Made by a program: the position numbers and the translations under genes
From: a virus
Taxonomy: Duplodnaviria; Caudoviricetes
Reading direction: 5' to 3' (one strand)
Virus record (IMG/VR): IMGVR_UViG_3300043220_000071
Location: 1 to 45,355 of that record
Length of the DNA: 45,355 nt
The notes under the pieces: generated by a model
What the model was told of the DNA's origin: nothing
Databases searched by the model: none
What the model saw: only the letters and a program-made list of their open reading frames with translations
In this document: piece by piece, positions 42,122 through 45,355 of the stretch
How positions within the stretch are numbered: position 1 is the first letter of the stretch
Layout: every line of letters begins with the position of its first letter

Positions 42122-42349
42122 CTATAGCCCTAACTTCTTTCTGCGGTTACAACCCGCTGTGACACAGTAGAAGTAGCCGTCGCCTGGATTGTGCGTGTAC
42201 TCGTGCCCATGTCGGGCAACACCCCGCGTCCGTTGATATGGAAGGGCAGGTTCGGGGGCCGGAGAGTGATGCAGTTTAATGTTCAGCACCCAACCTACGA
42301 GGATGCCGCCTGCTCCGCTGGCCAGCCCTACCCCTATCAGTTCTATCAT
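42122..42349 (-). CDS. Small membrane-anchored protein
   Basis: N-terminal TM helix; H.H...C...C C-terminus. Confidence 0.6.
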   Translation of the reverse strand: MIELIGVGLASGAGGILVGWVLNIKLHHSPAPEPALPYQRTRGVARHGHEYTHNPGDGYFYCVTAGCNRRKKLGL

Positions 42350-42438
42350 TGCTTGAACCAACGCAGAAGGAACGAATCCGCTTCTTCAACAACCACGCCA
42401 CTGCCTCGGAACTTGAGGTTGATTACCCAGGCAAGCAT
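42346..42438 (-). CDS. 30-aa hypothetical peptide
   Basis: TAATG and ATGA coupling with both neighbours. Confidence 0.5.
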   Translation of the reverse strand: MLAWVINLKFRGSGVVVEEADSFLLRWFKQ

Positions 42439-42878
42439 TAGTTGGCCACCACGTTGCCGTCATCCGAGATAGGAAGCCAGTACACGGTGAAGTCGATGAC
42501 GCCAGCACTGATGTTGTTACTACCAAGAACGCGGCAGGAGATGTTGTCGGTGATTGCTATGTCCTTGAGTGCCGCTGGTATAGCCATTCCTCCAACTTCA
42601 GTTGGATCAGTGTCCATCCAAAAGTCGTTGGCGTCGATGTCGGTGGCTGTAGTCGCGCCGACGAATAAGGCTGTAGAGTTGTTCACGCCTAGTCTAAGAT
42701 TTGGGGTTCCTGCACTCTCCTCTAGGCTAGTAGTGCAGAAGGGAACAATGGCTACGACTATAACCTCACCTGTCACAGTGAAGATGTCTGTTTCTGTATT
42801 GAGGGCACCCGTACCGCCCGCAGTGAAAGTGATGGTCTTTCTGGCAGGCGGTATATGACCACCAGTTTCAAGAGGCAT
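42438..42878 (-). CDS. Putative virion structural protein (beta-sandwich)
   Basis: 146 aa, beta-rich, in the structural operon. Confidence 0.7.
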   Translation of the reverse strand: MPLETGGHIPPARKTITFTAGGTGALNTETDIFTVTGEVIVVAIVPFCTTSLEESAGTPNLRLGVNNSTALFVGATTATDIDANDFWMDTDPTEVGGMAIPAALKDIAITDNISCRVLGSNNISAGVIDFTVYWLPISDDGNVVAN

Positions 42879-42879
42879 T

Positions 42880-43173
42880 TCAATCTCCCTCCGTCACTAG
42901 TAGGGTAGTCGTACCGGAAACCAGCACCCCGTTAATCGCACCTGTATAAAGGTTGCCTATATTGCGGCTCATCTCGTAAGAGCCTCCGTTCGCATTCACG
43001 CGAATACCCTCATTCTTCACTGCCGTTGAGCCTAAGTTCAAGTAGCAAACGACCGTGCCATCGTTGACAATCAGCGCATATTTTCGCCCTTGGTTGGTAG
43101 CAAGCACCGCTGCGCTAGCTGAGGTCATTGAAGCAGTTGTGTGCGCCATAGTGAGGCTAGGTCCACCTGGCAT
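42880..43173 (-). CDS. Putative virion structural protein
   Basis: 97 aa; N..RKYALIVNDG...YL.LG..A....GI motif. Confidence 0.7.
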   Translation of the reverse strand: MPGGPSLTMAHTTASMTSASAAVLATNQGRKYALIVNDGTVVCYLNLGSTAVKNEGIRVNANGGSYEMSRNIGNLYTGAINGVLVSGTTTLLVTEGD

Positions 43174-43207
43174 CTTTAATCTCCCTTCTCCTTCGTGGTG
43201 ACTACGT

Positions 43208-44296
43208 TCATACCTCTAACGCCCCCCTCGCTACTGCGGTGAATTGCAGTAGTCCTGAGAGGTTGTCACTGATAGTTAACGACAGGAAATTACCAGCGCC
43301 ACCCTCTAAAACAATCGGCTCTGGAAACGCTACCAGGATTGTGATGAACGTGTTTGTGCCGTCGCTAATGTGGTTGATGATGTTTGAGTCCGCCGAAAGG
43401 AAATCTCCCAACTGCCGGAGGGTGACGCTGAAAAGCGTTTTCCCCTTCTGCACTCTGTTGAACACAACCCCGTTTGTGAGCGGGGAAGTTATCCCCATGA
43501 AGTCGTCGTAGGCAAGATTGGGTACTGTAGCGTTTTCCGACGCGTCCGCCACTGAAGTAATGCCGGTGATGTTGTCAGCTAGCGCGACCCGCAGCTCCGT
43601 GATGTGGAACCTTGTTCCTATCGGCGTTGTCGCCTTGAACACAGCAGGCGTGCCGGTCTGCTCGAACTGAATATCGTCAAACTTCACCGTTGGCTTTGTG
43701 CCCCCCAAGCGGGTCATCGTAATTACCATACCGTCAAGGAGTTGTGTGTTAAGTCCTAAATCGGCCTTCGGGATGACGAAGTTCTGCTCTGCGAAATTCC
43801 CCGTGTTGATGTAGTCGTTCAGGTCTATGGAATTGCCGACGGCGACCCCAGCTAGGTCAAACGCCACGATGATCGAGTTGTTGGTCGAGTTGTATATATC
43901 GAGATCGACCTTCCCTGTAAGGGCGGTGAAGCCTGACATGTCGATGGTCGTCGCGCCCTGCTCTGCGAAGGATGCCGCGTCGTTGTTGTTAGCTGAAGTG
44001 ATCGTCGTCTTGCCCCCGTCCGCGAAGTTCCACGTTCCCGACAGGGCCGTACCCGTCCACTCCACTGAAGTGCCCCCGTTGTGGATGATCTCAGGTGTTC
44101 CCGTAAACGCAATGTTCTGGTTCATCGCCGCCCCGAACGAGTCGTTAAGGAAAGGATGAACCTCTGGGCTGAAGTCCTGAAACGGCCTCGTGAGTACCAA
44201 CAGGCCGGAATGGTTAGCCCGCTTTGCGGTCGAGAACCTGTGGACATGGGACTTCAACCCCGTCCCGTCACCGTCCAGTATATTTACATCAATCAT
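43208..44296 (-). CDS. Putative virion structural protein with carbohydrate-binding-like domain
   Basis: 362 aa, beta-rich, VKFDDIQF motif. Confidence 0.65.
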   Translation of the reverse strand: MIDVNILDGDGTGLKSHVHRFSTAKRANHSGLLVLTRPFQDFSPEVHPFLNDSFGAAMNQNIAFTGTPEIIHNGGTSVEWTGTALSGTWNFADGGKTTITSANNNDAASFAEQGATTIDMSGFTALTGKVDLDIYNSTNNSIIVAFDLAGVAVGNSIDLNDYINTGNFAEQNFVIPKADLGLNTQLLDGMVITMTRLGGTKPTVKFDDIQFEQTGTPAVFKATTPIGTRFHITELRVALADNITGITSVADASENATVPNLAYDDFMGITSPLTNGVVFNRVQKGKTLFSVTLRQLGDFLSADSNIINHISDGTNTFITILVAFPEPIVLEGGAGNFLSLTISDNLSGLLQFTAVARGALEV

Positions 44297-44859
44297 TCGT
44301 AATAGGCGTGGATTCGCACGCAGGCCAGCGTTGTCGCAGATGCGACATTCTGCACCGTGAGTGTGAGCGAGTCGTTTTGCCCCAGGATCAGCGCCCCCTC
44401 ATACTCTATGTTGCTGTGACCTACATCATTGATATGCTGGCTCATCCACACCCCGCCGCTCCGCGTCTTGCCAGCGGCGCTTGCGGCAAAGACATCAGCG
44501 TCCGCAACGTTGCTTGAGGCGAAGTTATGGTTCACCTCCACTCCCGCATTCGCGTCTGAGACGATGGTTCCGCCCGTGTCGTTCTTATATAGAATCCACT
44601 GCTGAATGACACTACCGCACGTTCTGATTTTGTGGATGTGAAGATGCTTGGTACTAGATGTGTTCTTCAAATAGAAGATTGCGTGTTCATCCGTAGTCGT
44701 GGGCGCAATGAAGGCACCCGTCGCAAACTCATACGATTGTGCCACCTCCTGTGAATTGTCCTTGCAGTCGCAGTTCGTTATCGCCTTTGTTAGTAGACGA
44801 TTGCTGGTGTCTACAGCAGCCCTATATCCTTTGCCTGCTCCATCTTCTATCTGTGACAT
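44293..44859 (-). CDS. Putative virion structural protein
   Basis: 188 aa; IEDGAGKGY.AAVD..NRL N-terminus. Confidence 0.7.
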   Translation of the reverse strand: MSQIEDGAGKGYRAAVDTSNRLLTKAITNCDCKDNSQEVAQSYEFATGAFIAPTTTDEHAIFYLKNTSSTKHLHIHKIRTCGSVIQQWILYKNDTGGTIVSDANAGVEVNHNFASSNVADADVFAASAAGKTRSGGVWMSQHINDVGHSNIEYEGALILGQNDSLTLTVQNVASATTLACVRIHAYYE

Positions 44860-45177
44860 CTATGCCTCCGATATATCCGTGTCATCTAACTCTTCTCCTG
44901 TCACCATCGCGAGATGAGCGTTCTGGATTTTCAGTTCCGTCAGTATCTCGCCCAAGATGACGCTTGTGGCCCGCACCTCATCTACGGTAATAGTCCCGAC
45001 CTGCTCCACCACCACCGTCTTGTCACGAACCCAATCCGCGCCGTCGTAGACGAACTCCTCTTGCGTATCAGTTTCAGTGAAGGTCGAAGCTACCGGCACA
45101 CCCACCGGCTTGGTGTCCGTGGACAGGCCGAAGAATCGGGGTATGTGTTGGTGAGAGTCAGTGTCAGTGACGGCCAC
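44860..45177 (-). CDS. Hypothetical structural-module protein
   Basis: 105 aa; GLSTDTKP..VPV.STF.ETDT...YDG..W motif. Confidence 0.7.
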   Translation of the reverse strand: MAVTDTDSHQHIPRFFGLSTDTKPVGVPVASTFTETDTQEEFVYDGADWVRDKTVVVEQVGTITVDEVRATSVILGEILTELKIQNAHLAMVTGEELDDTDISEA

Positions 45178-45257
45178 TACTCGGCTACCTCAATCGACAG
45201 ATCACCGAAGGCAGGGAACACCGCCGACTCCATCTCTTCGTGGAAGATGTTGGCAAC
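45177..45257 (-). CDS. 3' part of the junction-spanning 105-aa protein
   Basis: In frame with 237..1; the stop overlaps the GTG start of the next gene (TAGTG). Confidence 0.75.
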   Translation of the reverse strand, partial: VANIFHEEMESAVFPAFGDLSIEVAE

Positions 45258-45355
45258 CAGTGTGCCGTCGCCCACCAGGGATTCTATCGTCATCCCCTCC
45301 GGGAACGGCTCAGACATCCCTGACATGTTTATCGTTTCGCCGGGCGGCACAACCA
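45258..45355. repeat. Terminal direct repeat (circular assembly overlap), right copy
   Basis: Identical to 1-98. Confidence 0.97.

Noticed and set aside
45258-45355. 98-bp terminal repeat as a biological direct terminal repeat
   Set aside because: It falls in the middle of a gene and its length fits an assembler k-mer overlap; it shows circularity, not a packaging terminus
1-45355. Stop-codon reassignment (alternative genetic code)
   Set aside because: Long genes are intact under the standard code and TAG, TGA and TAA all end genes at coupled junctions

Overview
This window appears to be a complete, circularly assembled genome (~45,257 bp plus a 98-bp terminal overlap) of a tailed dsDNA phage, probably podovirus-like (portal, scaffold, major capsid, large internal virion proteins, adaptor/nozzle-like tail proteins, no recognisable tape measure or sheath). 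Most genes are on the minus strand: a packaging/structural module running from ~17400 down through the circular junction to ~34750, and a regulatory/replication-accessory/lysis module (34580-21050). A short plus-strand cassette of small early-type genes lies at 18400-21130. I recognised no integrase, DNA polymerase, primase/helicase, tRNA or CRISPR array. The standout feature is a 305-aa intein inserted in the Walker A motif of the terminase large subunit. It has no in-frame endonuclease; instead its middle region is the antisense strand of a complete HTH-HTH-HNH endonuclease gene with its own extended -10 leaderless promoter. Other notable items: a 13-bp motif (CCATCACGAAATG) in five exact copies at gene junctions, two paralogous unannotated zinc-ribbon micro-proteins, structured intergenic repeats in the early cassette, several self-promoted antisense genes inside the late operon, and an Rpf-like transglycosylase. 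All functional calls come from reading motifs by eye; no database search was run.
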